Origin: a virus
Lineage: Duplodnaviria; Caudoviricetes
Virus record (IMG/VR): IMGVR_UViG_3300022407_005896
Location: 1 to 34,461 of that record
Length of the DNA stretch: 34,461 nucleotides
Reading direction: 5' to 3' (one strand)
Below are positions 25,438 to 33,991 of the stretch, piece after piece. Positions within the stretch are counted from its first letter, which is position 1; each line of letters begins with the position of its first letter. The position numbers and the translations under genes are program-made. A model generated the notes under the pieces. That model saw only the letters and a list, made by a program, of their open reading frames with translations, searched no databases and was not told the DNA's origin.

Positions 25438-25617
25438 ATGAGCCAAACCGCCAAAGCCCGCCTCGCTATCACCAAAGAGGCCATCGAAAAAGACCTCGCG
25501 ATGATCCATCCCGATGATCGGAAGGACTACGCGGAGGAACTGCGTGACCTGCTCTCGCGGGCGCTCTCGGCAGCGCGTCGCAGCTCGCATGATCGCCACA
25601 CGAGCGCGGTCGATTGA
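25438..25617 (+). CDS. Small hypothetical protein
   Basis: MSQTAKARL...; start fits the leaderless promoter. Confidence 0.6.
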   Translation: MSQTAKARLAITKEAIEKDLAMIHPDDRKDYAEELRDLLSRALSAARRSSHDRHTSAVD

Positions 25618-25669
25618 ATCCCACGAAGCACCACGAACTCAGAACCACGAACCACGAACGCATTAAGCC

Positions 25670-26587
25670 ATGTCCGCCCTTCAAACCATCCGCGAGCCCG
25701 CTCTCCTCATCCGCAATCCGCTGGAAACAGGCGGCGGCACGGCGTCCTTCTACTTCTTCAAAGATGGCTGCACGCTCAAGCCCGTTCAGCCGCGCTTCGA
25801 CATCATGATCGAGGGGCAGGTCTTTGACACCCGCCCGGAAAGCCAGGTGTGGGAGATCAATGGCCGCCTCACGGGTAACTGGGAGAACTTCGCCGTCTTG
25901 TTTCCGCATCTCAGCGCGAATCTCGGAGCCTCTCTTTTGGGGGCCACGGATGTGATGTGGCGGCTTATCACCGCCAGTGGCCGCCAGTGGACCTTCTACC
26001 GCGCCGCCATCACCAAGCGCCCCAGCCTGATGGCGAAGGTGGGAGATACCCTCCTGGGTGATTTCACGCTCACCGCCGTGCATTCCACGGAAGAGGGAGC
26101 CACGCTAGCCTATGCCACGGAACAAACGCACCCCGGCTTTGCCGCGTTCTCCGATACCTCCATCTTGACCCTGGCCCCGGAGGTGGACTTCGGCTCCGAT
26201 GCCTTCGATGAAATGTGGCCCACCGATGGCGTGGAGATTGATTTCGCCTGGACGCTGGAGCCGGTCATCTACAACCGGCAGATCATCGACTGGACGATCA
26301 AAAGCCAAGACATCACCGCCAAGCTCAAGCCGCAGAATGACGCCACCTGGTCGGAGTGGATGACCAAGCTCGGCCTCGACATCGCCATGGGTGCCAGCCC
26401 GCCGGTGGCCAACCTCAGCGTCTTTTACAACGGCTTCTATGTGCAGCTCTACAACGCCCAATGCCAGCTTGACCAGTTCAATTTCAAGCACGACGCGAAC
26501 TTCATCGAAGGCATCACGGCCCGCGTGATGCAGCGCTTCGCGGGTGGATCTGCGCAGCCTCTCGCTTACGTCGGCACGAGTGACTGA
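25670..26587 (+). CDS. Putative major tail (tube) protein
   Basis: Acidic, beta-rich, 305 aa; position before chaperone and tape measure. Confidence 0.55.
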   Translation: MSALQTIREPALLIRNPLETGGGTASFYFFKDGCTLKPVQPRFDIMIEGQVFDTRPESQVWEINGRLTGNWENFAVLFPHLSANLGASLLGATDVMWRLITASGRQWTFYRAAITKRPSLMAKVGDTLLGDFTLTAVHSTEEGATLAYATEQTHPGFAAFSDTSILTLAPEVDFGSDAFDEMWPTDGVEIDFAWTLEPVIYNRQIIDWTIKSQDITAKLKPQNDATWSEWMTKLGLDIAMGASPPVANLSVFYNGFYVQLYNAQCQLDQFNFKHDANFIEGITARVMQRFAGGSAQPLAYVGTSD

Positions 26588-26688
26588 CCGCCGGAGGCGG
26601 AATGAGGAGCCGAGCAAAGCGAGACAGACGAACGAAGTGAGCCCGAAGGGGAGCGAAGCGAATCAAACCAGAATGAGGAAACCAGAAC
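26588..26688. repeat. Heptamer-period repeat interrupted by a 57-nt insert
   Basis: AATGAGGA[gccgagc...gaatca]AACCAGAATGAGGAAACCAGAA. Confidence 0.75.
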
Positions 26689-26698
26689 CTTTTCCCTT

Positions 26699-27064
26699 AT
26701 GAGTAAAAAAGCCAAAACCAGCGCTGAGTCCGCGCCTATCCCCGAAGCCCTCGCTCCATCTCAGATCAAAGACAAGCTCACCGCGATCGCAGCGGAAAAT
26801 TCTGCCGCTGAAGAGCTGCTGCAAACGCTCTGCAATGACGCTGTACGATGGTCGAAGCTCAAAGCCCGTGCGGTGAACATGGGTTACAATGCGGTGCAGT
26901 TTACCAGCCTGTGCGGAAAGATGGTCCGCACGCGGAAGGAATGGACTCATATCCCTCTGCCCGCCCGCGCCCTGGCGGCTTTTCACGGCCTGCTCATCAC
27001 GCTCGGCGCGAAGCTCACGGAAGCCGATGAGAAAGCCTACGCAGCCGCGCAAAGCGCGGAATGA
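26699..27064 (+). CDS. Hypothetical protein, possible tail assembly chaperone
   Basis: Position between the tail tube and tape measure genes. Confidence 0.45.
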   Translation: MSKKAKTSAESAPIPEALAPSQIKDKLTAIAAENSAAEELLQTLCNDAVRWSKLKARAVNMGYNAVQFTSLCGKMVRTRKEWTHIPLPARALAAFHGLLITLGAKLTEADEKAYAAAQSAE

Positions 27065-27127
27065 GAAAACTAGAATGAGGAAACCAGAACCCCTTCCTTA
27101 TTCGCCATTCTGATTTCGACATTCCCG
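27060..27127. repeat. Inverted pair of heptamer-period repeats
   Basis: aatgagaaaactagaatgaggaaaccagaa / ttccttattcgccattctgatttcgacattc. Confidence 0.8.
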
Positions 27128-27144
27128 CGCAGCGGGGCACTTCC

Positions 27145-28677
27145 ATGGCCGATAACACCACCAACTTTGACATCCGCTTCAAAACGACGGCAGACCTTGC
27201 CGCCGCGAAGCTGACCGAAAACGCGGTGAAGGGCGTGAAGCAGGCCAATGAAGGCCTCGATCAAAGCCAGGGGAAAGTCGCAGGCAGCTCGCGGAACATG
27301 GGGAACGCGCTGCTGCAAGGCTCACGAGCTTTGCAGGATTCTCAATATGGTTTCGCCGGGGTGGTCAATAACCTCGAAGGCATCGCCTCGGCGATGGGCC
27401 TCGGCGCGGGTGTGGCGGGCGTGGTCACGGTGTTGGCGGTGGCGATGCAATCCGCCGCGCCCCACATCGAGGCCTTCTTCGCGAGTCTCGACAAATCGAA
27501 GATCGCCACGGATGCTTTAAAGGCGCTTCAAGATCAACTCACTGGCACCGTGCAGGTGAAGACCTTCGCGGAGAAAAGCGCGGAGGATCTCGCGAAGGCC
27601 ATCCAGGCGGAATCCGATGTCATCGAGGCCGAGAGCACTGCCATCGAACGCAATCTCAAGCTGCTTGAAAAGCGCACGGAAATCGAAAGCCAAGCGGCGA
27701 AGAGTAAACTCGACTCCGACATCGAAGACATCAAGGCCCAGGGCCTGCCACCGGAGCAAGAGGCACAGGCCATCGCCGCGAAAAAGAAGGAAGCGCTTGA
27801 TGAGCAATTCGTGAGGGATCAAGCCGCGCAGGATGCGCGATTGAAGGCCGCTGATGATGAGGTGATGAACCAGGCCAAGGGCGTGGAGCAGGCCAGCGCG
27901 GCCCGTGCGAAGGCTGAGGCGGACTTCAAGCGGGTGATCGACTATGACACCGTGAACAGTCAGATCGCCCAGGCGCAGAAGGAAGCGGACGATGCCAAGG
28001 CGACTCAGCAGGCCACCTTGATGCAAGAGTCTCCCAACCCCGAGGATCTGCAAAGAGCCGAGCAGCAGCAAAAAGACGCCGAGGAAAAAGTGAAAACGCT
28101 TCAGGCTCAAGCGGCTCAGATTTTCACCAGCGGGCCGATGGCGGATAAAGGGACCGCTCAAGCGGCTCTCGCGGCCCGCCAAAAAGAAGAGCAGGAGCGG
28201 GCCGCCGCCTTGAAGAAAGCCAATGAAGAGCGGCTGGCCATGCAGCAGATGGAACAGCTCGACGCTCAAGGCCGACTCAATACCTACAACGCTCAGAACG
28301 TGAAGATCGCACGGGGGGCGAATCCTGGCGTGTATGATCCTGCCAACCTCCAAGGCGGGGCGGAGGCAGGCTCGGTGAATCCTCTCACGGGAAGCGTGGA
28401 AGGCCTGGGCTCACCTTTGGGTAGTGGCACGGCTCGCCCTCTCCCCGCGCCCGTGCAGCCCGCCAATGGGGCCAATCTGGCAGGGCCTCTGCAACAGGCC
28501 GCGAACGCTTTGGAAGGCAATCCTCTGGCGAGCCTGGTCTCGGAACTCGGGAAGCCTTTGCAGAGCGCCGCCAGCAGTATGGAGGCCATGGCTAAGAGTG
28601 CTCAGAATGCCGTGAACCAGGCGAAGACCTTCGATCAACGCATCAAAACTTTGGAGGCTCAGCAAAAAAACCGATGA
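27145..28677 (+). CDS. Tail tape measure protein
   Basis: Ala/Gln-rich coiled coil, RALQDSQYGFAGVVNN, hydrophobic segment. Confidence 0.75.
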   Translation: MADNTTNFDIRFKTTADLAAAKLTENAVKGVKQANEGLDQSQGKVAGSSRNMGNALLQGSRALQDSQYGFAGVVNNLEGIASAMGLGAGVAGVVTVLAVAMQSAAPHIEAFFASLDKSKIATDALKALQDQLTGTVQVKTFAEKSAEDLAKAIQAESDVIEAESTAIERNLKLLEKRTEIESQAAKSKLDSDIEDIKAQGLPPEQEAQAIAAKKKEALDEQFVRDQAAQDARLKAADDEVMNQAKGVEQASAARAKAEADFKRVIDYDTVNSQIAQAQKEADDAKATQQATLMQESPNPEDLQRAEQQQKDAEEKVKTLQAQAAQIFTSGPMADKGTAQAALAARQKEEQERAAALKKANEERLAMQQMEQLDAQGRLNTYNAQNVKIARGANPGVYDPANLQGGAEAGSVNPLTGSVEGLGSPLGSGTARPLPAPVQPANGANLAGPLQQAANALEGNPLASLVSELGKPLQSAASSMEAMAKSAQNAVNQAKTFDQRIKTLEAQQKNR

Positions 28678-29126
28678 ACATCCTCCTCGATGGTGATTTT
28701 GAACTGGCGAACGGCGTCGATATGACGGCGCGCCTGGTCAGTGATGAATCTTGGCAGTGGAGCCAAAACACGCAGCAGGAAACCTATCTCCGCGCCGCGT
28801 GGGCCACCTTCTTCCCCTCCCGTGCCACGCGACAGATTGAGGCGGATCTGCTCATCACCTTTCCGCAGGCGGCGGATGATGAGGCGGCCTTCTCCCTGGC
28901 TCACGAGCTGGCAGCTCTCATCCCCGCGGGCGGCACGATGGAAGTCACGCTCGGCGAGACCACCGTGACCTATGCGCAATTCGTTCCGCGCTCCTGGTCT
29001 CCACAGCGGATCGGCGTGCATGTGGGCCTGCGCATCACGCTGACAGCGGTGAATCCCGATGTGGCCCCGGAGCTTCGACAGCAGTTTGAAAACGGCGGCT
29101 TCATTGAGTTTGAAGACGAGCCTTAG
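28674..29126 (+). CDS. Tail protein (distal-tail position)
   Basis: ATGA-coupled to the tape measure gene. Confidence 0.55.
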   Translation: MNILLDGDFELANGVDMTARLVSDESWQWSQNTQQETYLRAAWATFFPSRATRQIEADLLITFPQAADDEAAFSLAHELAALIPAGGTMEVTLGETTVTYAQFVPRSWSPQRIGVHVGLRITLTAVNPDVAPELRQQFENGGFIEFEDEP

Positions 29127-29151
29127 CGAACCCCTTTCCTGAATCCCTCCC

Positions 29152-31134
29152 ATGTCTAAATGGTCCTCTAAAGCCAGTGTCTCCACCCTCGCCAATTTCA
29201 TGGTTCAGGGCCATGTGAGTGGCGGCCCTTCACGCAATGCGCCGATAGCGCTTTTCGATGCTCGCTTCCAACCTCTCGATGCCGATCTAACCAGCATCGC
29301 GGCGCTCACGACGGCGAGCTATGGCCGTAGCCTCCTCACGCTGGCGGATGCGTCGGCGCTGCGCAATTCGGCGGGGCTGGTCATCGGGACGGATGTGCAG
29401 GCCTATGACGCGGACCTCGCGAGCCTCGCGGGGCTGGCGACTCAAAGCTATGGCCGTAGCCTGCTCACGCTGGCGAATGCGGCGGCGCTGCGAAGCGCGG
29501 CGGGCCTTATCCTTGACGAGCAAGTGGCAGGCGTGACGCTGGAAGGTGTGGCGGCGGAGGTGGTCACGGTGATCGTGCAAACCTTCTCGACGCCATCCTC
29601 GCTGGATGGCGAGTACTTCGACCTTGCCGGGGATGGGGAGATAGTCCGCTTTTGGTTTGACGTGGACGATGCCAGCACGGCCCCTTCCGGCTCCGGCGTG
29701 CGGCTGGTGGAAATCAACATTGCGGGCACGGATGGCCGCTTTGATGTGGCGACGAAGATCAACGCGGCATTGAACGGCGACGCCTTTTTCGGGACGCTGG
29801 GCTTGAATGGCCTCGTCTCGGGCAGTGATCCCATTGGAACGGAAATCGTGTACAGCGAGAACGGGCCACAATCGGCCCCGAGTTCCTCCCAGGGCATCAT
29901 CGAAGTAACGGTGACGACGGCGGGCAGTCTCGGCACGCCGAAACTGAACGCGATGTCCGGCGCACTGCTCACGGATTTGAACGTGGCGGAGATGGCAGGC
30001 CTTGCGGCTTCAGCGACGACGGACACGACGAACGCGAGTAACATTTCCAGCGGTAGCTTGGCTCTGGCACGCCTCGCGCAAGGGGCCGCAACCATTGGGC
30101 AGGTGATGACGTGGAGCGGCTCCGCGTGGGCACCGGCCACGGCGGCAGGCGGCTCGCTCGCCATCGGCGCGGCCATCACGGGCGGCACGAGTGGGCGGCT
30201 GCTTCTCAGTGGCTCGACTCTCGCCGAGCTGGCTCTCGGCTCCGGCGTGCAGACCTGGCTCGGCACGCCGACACTCGCGAACCTCAACGCGGCGCTCAGT
30301 GATGCGGATGTGGCGACTCTGGCCGCAAATACGTTCACCGGGGCGCAGACCATTTCAGCGGGTAGCCTCACCACTTCCGCTCTCTCCTTGGCTCAAACTT
30401 GGAACAGCGGTGGCACAACCTGCCGAGGGCTCGAAATCTCCAACACGGTGACGGCGGCGGCGGCGGCCTCTACACATCTTCGCATCCGAGGCGGCGCGGC
30501 AGGGGCTTCGGATAGGCTCACGTTGACGGAGGATAAGCTCACGGTGACAGGTGCGGAAAGCACGGGCCGTGTTTTAGACCTTGTTAGCCAGTATGGAACG
30601 ACGCCTTTTTGGGTTTCAGGCGGAGGGACGCTGACAATTAACAATAGCCTGACGAGCATTGCCTCATCGGGTGAGGTGCGAAGCACACTCGTTGGTAATG
30701 GTAGTTTTTTTTGCGGCATCGGCTACGAGCAAACGCCAAACGTGGCATATATTCGTTCTTTTGGATCCACCGTGTTACAAGTGGGAGTGAGCGCGGCGGC
30801 TCCTGTGGCGCATATCGTTCGCGGTGCTTCCGCTCGTGCTGGTGCTGACAACAACGCCGCCGGGGCACCCCTCACGCTAGCGGGAGGCAATGGCACCGGC
30901 ACGGGCGGAGGTGGAAAGCTCATCTTTCAAACGGCCCCGACTGGCAGCTCGGGCAACGCTGCAAACACACTCACGACGGCATTAGAGATTGACCGTGACC
31001 GCGTGCTCTTTGTCGCCAATACCGCCGCCGCTCCTAGCGGCACGCCCTCGGGCGGTGGATTCTTCTATGTCGAGTCTGGGGCGCTGAAATTCAAAGGTTC
31101 CTCGGGCACCGTCACAACCATTGCCGCCGCTTGA
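29152..31134 (+). CDS. Tail fibre / receptor-binding protein
   Basis: Gly/Ala/Ser/Thr-rich; DADLTSIAAL..YGRSLL repeats; C-terminal PSGGGFFYVESGALKFKGSSGTVTTIA. Confidence 0.8.
   Translation: MSKWSSKASVSTLANFMVQGHVSGGPSRNAPIALFDARFQPLDADLTSIAALTTASYGRSLLTLADASALRNSAGLVIGTDVQAYDADLASLAGLATQSYGRSLLTLANAAALRSAAGLILDEQVAGVTLEGVAAEVVTVIVQTFSTPSSLDGEYFDLAGDGEIVRFWFDVDDASTAPSGSGVRLVEINIAGTDGRFDVATKINAALNGDAFFGTLGLNGLVSGSDPIGTEIVYSENGPQSAPSSSQGIIEVTVTTAGSLGTPKLNAMSGALLTDLNVAEMAGLAASATTDTTNASNISSGSLALARLAQGAATIGQVMTWSGSAWAPATAAGGSLAIGAAITGGTSGRLLLSGSTLAELALGSGVQTWLGTPTLANLNAALSDADVATLAANTFTGAQTISAGSLTTSALSLAQTWNSGGTTCRGLEISNTVTAAAAASTHLRIRGGAAGASDRLTLTEDKLTVTGAESTGRVLDLVSQYGTTPFWVSGGGTLTINNSLTSIASSGEVRSTLVGNGSFFCGIGYEQTPNVAYIRSFGSTVLQVGVSAAAPVAHIVRGASARAGADNNAAGAPLTLAGGNGTGTGGGGKLIFQTAPTGSSGNAANTLTTALEIDRDRVLFVANTAAAPSGTPSGGGFFYVESGALKFKGSSGTVTTIAAA
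29278..29514 (+). repeat. Intragenic duplication with 129-nt (43-aa) period
   Basis: 29278-29385 resembles 29407-29514 (agctatggccgtagcct.ctcacgctggcg). Confidence 0.8.
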
Positions 31135-31138
31135 TTTT

Positions 31139-31381
31139 ATGACCACCATCCCTCTCTCATTTGACTTCGACGCCGAGCAGCTCGCCGCCATCGATGCCCG
31201 CCTCACGGATGAATTACCCACGCGTGCGGCCTTGCTGTCTAACCTCGTTTCCTCTGAGGTGGCACGCTATGTGGCCGCCGATTACGAAGTGGCGGTGGCT
31301 CGTGTGGCGGAGGCCGTGCGCCCGCTGCCGTATGAGGCGCGGCTGGCTCTCATCTCCCAACTCGAAACCACCACCCCATGA
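31139..31381 (+). CDS. Small hypothetical protein (fibre-associated)
   Basis: MTTIPLSF...; ATGA overlap with the next gene. Confidence 0.65.
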   Translation: MTTIPLSFDFDAEQLAAIDARLTDELPTRAALLSNLVSSEVARYVAADYEVAVARVAEAVRPLPYEARLALISQLETTTP

Positions 31382-31566
31382 ACACAAACTCTCTCGCTGA
31401 ATTAGAAGCCCTTCACCGCCTCGCCTCCGCCCGCATCCAAGCAACGGGCGATGAGTGGGCCGCCATCAACAAAACCTTCGCGACCATCCGCCAAGCTCTC
31501 ACGCCTGCGCCCGAAGCGGTGGTGGAAGCTCCCAAAGCAGCGGTAGAAACTCCTGAAGCGGGCTAA
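31378..31566 (+). CDS. Small hypothetical protein
   Basis: 62-aa coupled ORF. Confidence 0.65.
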   Translation: MNTNSLAELEALHRLASARIQATGDEWAAINKTFATIRQALTPAPEAVVEAPKAAVETPEAG

Positions 31567-31589
31567 AGCCCGAACTACGAACACGCACC

Positions 31590-33458
31590 ATGGCCTCTTG
31601 GACCCTACTACACGTCACCAGCGAAACGGAGCAAACCTTCGCGGCGTGGGGCTTATCCTTGCCGGTCTTTGAGGCGAGGAATCAAATGGCGGGCACGATG
31701 CACGCGGAAGAGGCGGGCGATGCGTGGGCGGACCTGGCTTTCAGCTATGAAGACGAGGTGGTGGTGAAGCTCGATGGCGTGGTGTTTTGGCGCGGCTACT
31801 TCATCGCCCCCGTGCGCGGTATTGGTGAGGATGGGCAGGAAAATATCAGCCTGGAATTTCGCGACGGCTGGCACCTTCTTGAGCGGGTGGATTTTTACCG
31901 GGGCGTCACGGGCGCGGTTTCCTTCAATACAACGCAGGTGGAGCTTTTCGCGGAGGTTATCCCCGGCGTGTCGTTCTCGCGTCATTCCATCGGCTACGAG
32001 CTGGCGGCGGTGACTGCGCATGCGGGCGTGACCATCGGCACCTATCCGGCCTCCTACGCCGTCACGCCGCCGCCGGTCATGCTGCGCTCTCCAACGTGTG
32101 CGGATACCATCCGGGCCATCCTGCGCAAGCTGCCGGACACCATCACGCGCTGGGTGCATGGGGAATCTTCAAGCGTGCTGCATTTCCAACAACGCAGCGG
32201 TGCCACGTCTCGCACCGTGGCGCTCTCTGCCTCCGGCGCGGTGATCTCGAAACGCATCCTGCCGCGCTATGATCTCCAAGTGCGCGGTGTGGTGGTAACG
32301 TGGGTTTATAACACGGAAGAGGGCGAAGTGACCGCCGCCGAAGACACCGCCGGAAGCACGAGCGGGGCGCGGATTTTGCGTGATACCATCACGCTGCCGC
32401 CGCCCGTGGTCATCCCCGCTCAAACTGAAAGCGTGACGGTCCTTTCCGAAACCTACGACGAGAGCACGGCGGCGTTTTGGCAGGCCTATGGCGGCCTGGC
32501 TCAAGATGCGGGCGACATCGTGGTGAATAGCAGCTCCAACTCGAGCAGCTTTTCCAAGGTGCTTTTGGGCGGCTCGATTCCTGGCTGGATGACGCTCTCC
32601 GCCCATGCGGAGACGGCGCAAATCACGGGTGACCTCTCGCTCCGTATCTGGCGCACGCCGGGCACGCCTGCCGATGGCTACACGGTGCAAACAGAGAAGC
32701 GGACGATTAACCTTCCGGTCACGGATTTGAGCGGGACTTACTCGCGCACGATTTTCAGCGGCTCTTTGGTGGTGAGTGATGAGCCAATCACGGGCATCGC
32801 GGCGGCTCTTTATGCGAGCCTTTCGACGCTGGCCTATGAAGGTGAGCTGACGCTTTGCGAGGAGGAAATCACGGGCACCATCCGCCCCGGTGATCTGCTC
32901 AATCTTTCTGGTGGCCGTAGCGAGTGGTCTACGATGGCGGCGCAGGTGCATTCCGTGCAATGGCATCCGCAGACGGGCCGGACGCGCATCTCCTTTGGCC
33001 CGTCGTTGCACCTGTCTGTGGGAGATTTTGCGGACCTACTCCGCGAGGTGAGGCGCGACCCGAACGTGGTGAATCTGGAGAGCCGCTCCGCCGCCCCAGG
33101 AAGCCTCGGCACCACGGAAGTGATGGGCGGCGTGCCCTACTGCCCGCCCACGGCTCCGACGAGTGCGGCCACGCCAGAGGAGTTCAAAGTGGTGGTGAAT
33201 GAATGGGAGTTTAGCTGGAAGGCGGACGGGGGAAAATTGACCATTAAAAAGGAGGGCGACACTTCGCGGCAGTTCCTGGTCAACATGAACGCCGGAACCT
33301 TCGCGGATTGCTTCCAGCTTCATGTGCCTGGCCCCGCCGATGAACAGGTGATTTTGAAGCCGCGACCAACGAAAATTTGCCTGATGGAAGATGACGAACT
33401 CGTTCAAAAAGATGTGCTGATTTTCCGCTCCGATCATGTGGAGGATTTGACCTATTAG
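31590..33458 (+). CDS. Tail tip / baseplate hub-like protein
   Basis: VVFWRGY, FRDGWHLLER, IRPGDLLNL..V.SV.W..GRTRISFG hub-like C-terminus. Confidence 0.7.
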   Translation: MASWTLLHVTSETEQTFAAWGLSLPVFEARNQMAGTMHAEEAGDAWADLAFSYEDEVVVKLDGVVFWRGYFIAPVRGIGEDGQENISLEFRDGWHLLERVDFYRGVTGAVSFNTTQVELFAEVIPGVSFSRHSIGYELAAVTAHAGVTIGTYPASYAVTPPPVMLRSPTCADTIRAILRKLPDTITRWVHGESSSVLHFQQRSGATSRTVALSASGAVISKRILPRYDLQVRGVVVTWVYNTEEGEVTAAEDTAGSTSGARILRDTITLPPPVVIPAQTESVTVLSETYDESTAAFWQAYGGLAQDAGDIVVNSSSNSSSFSKVLLGGSIPGWMTLSAHAETAQITGDLSLRIWRTPGTPADGYTVQTEKRTINLPVTDLSGTYSRTIFSGSLVVSDEPITGIAAALYASLSTLAYEGELTLCEEEITGTIRPGDLLNLSGGRSEWSTMAAQVHSVQWHPQTGRTRISFGPSLHLSVGDFADLLREVRRDPNVVNLESRSAAPGSLGTTEVMGGVPYCPPTAPTSAATPEEFKVVVNEWEFSWKADGGKLTIKKEGDTSRQFLVNMNAGTFADCFQLHVPGPADEQVILKPRPTKICLMEDDELVQKDVLIFRSDHVEDLTY

Positions 33459-33460
33459 CC

Positions 33461-33991
33461 ATGAAATCCGAACACCTCGGCTTTTGCCTCGATTTGGAGG
33501 CGCTGGACGCTCCGAACATCGAAGAGGTGGGTGATGGTATCGGAGAGTGGGCCACGGATGACGCTCTCCACGGCACCTTCACGGCCACTTTTGCGGCGGC
33601 GAACAACTGCACCGAAGGGGAAGAATCGGAGCCAGCGAATGACCCCTCGAACGTGCGATGCACCTTCAAAATCAAGGGATGCGGCAAGCTCAAATTCACC
33701 ATTGCTGGCGATGGCTCAAACAATATGCCGGTGGTGAACGTGCGGAGGCGCTCGTCCTTCGTGGAGCCGCCTTTGACGGTCAACCCGTGGGTGCTCATCA
33801 TGGTGGCCACGGGTGGCTCGGCGGGCGGCTGCAATCCGAGCACGATCAACGCGGTTGTGCCTTCTGGCTCTTTGGAGCTGGAAAAGCTCTTCCCGTGCGG
33901 GGAAGAGTTCGAGCTTCGCGTGTCGGTCGGCTCCTACAATCGGACGGCTGAAATCGTGGTGACTATCGCCGTGGAGGTCATCACGGAATGA
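33461..33991 (+). CDS. Hypothetical tail-region protein
   Basis: 176-aa beta-rich, Cys-containing ORF. Confidence 0.6.
   Translation: MKSEHLGFCLDLEALDAPNIEEVGDGIGEWATDDALHGTFTATFAAANNCTEGEESEPANDPSNVRCTFKIKGCGKLKFTIAGDGSNNMPVVNVRRRSSFVEPPLTVNPWVLIMVATGGSAGGCNPSTINAVVPSGSLELEKLFPCGEEFELRVSVGSYNRTAEIVVTIAVEVITE

Noticed and set aside
26699-27144. Programmed tail-chaperone frameshift
   Set aside because: No convincing slippery heptamer near the 3' end and only 80 nt of repeat DNA before the tape measure gene
29152-33458. Diversity-generating retroelement or invertible G-segment
   Set aside because: No reverse transcriptase, no adenine-specific TR/VR pair and no invertase seen; the fibre duplication differs mainly at synonymous positions
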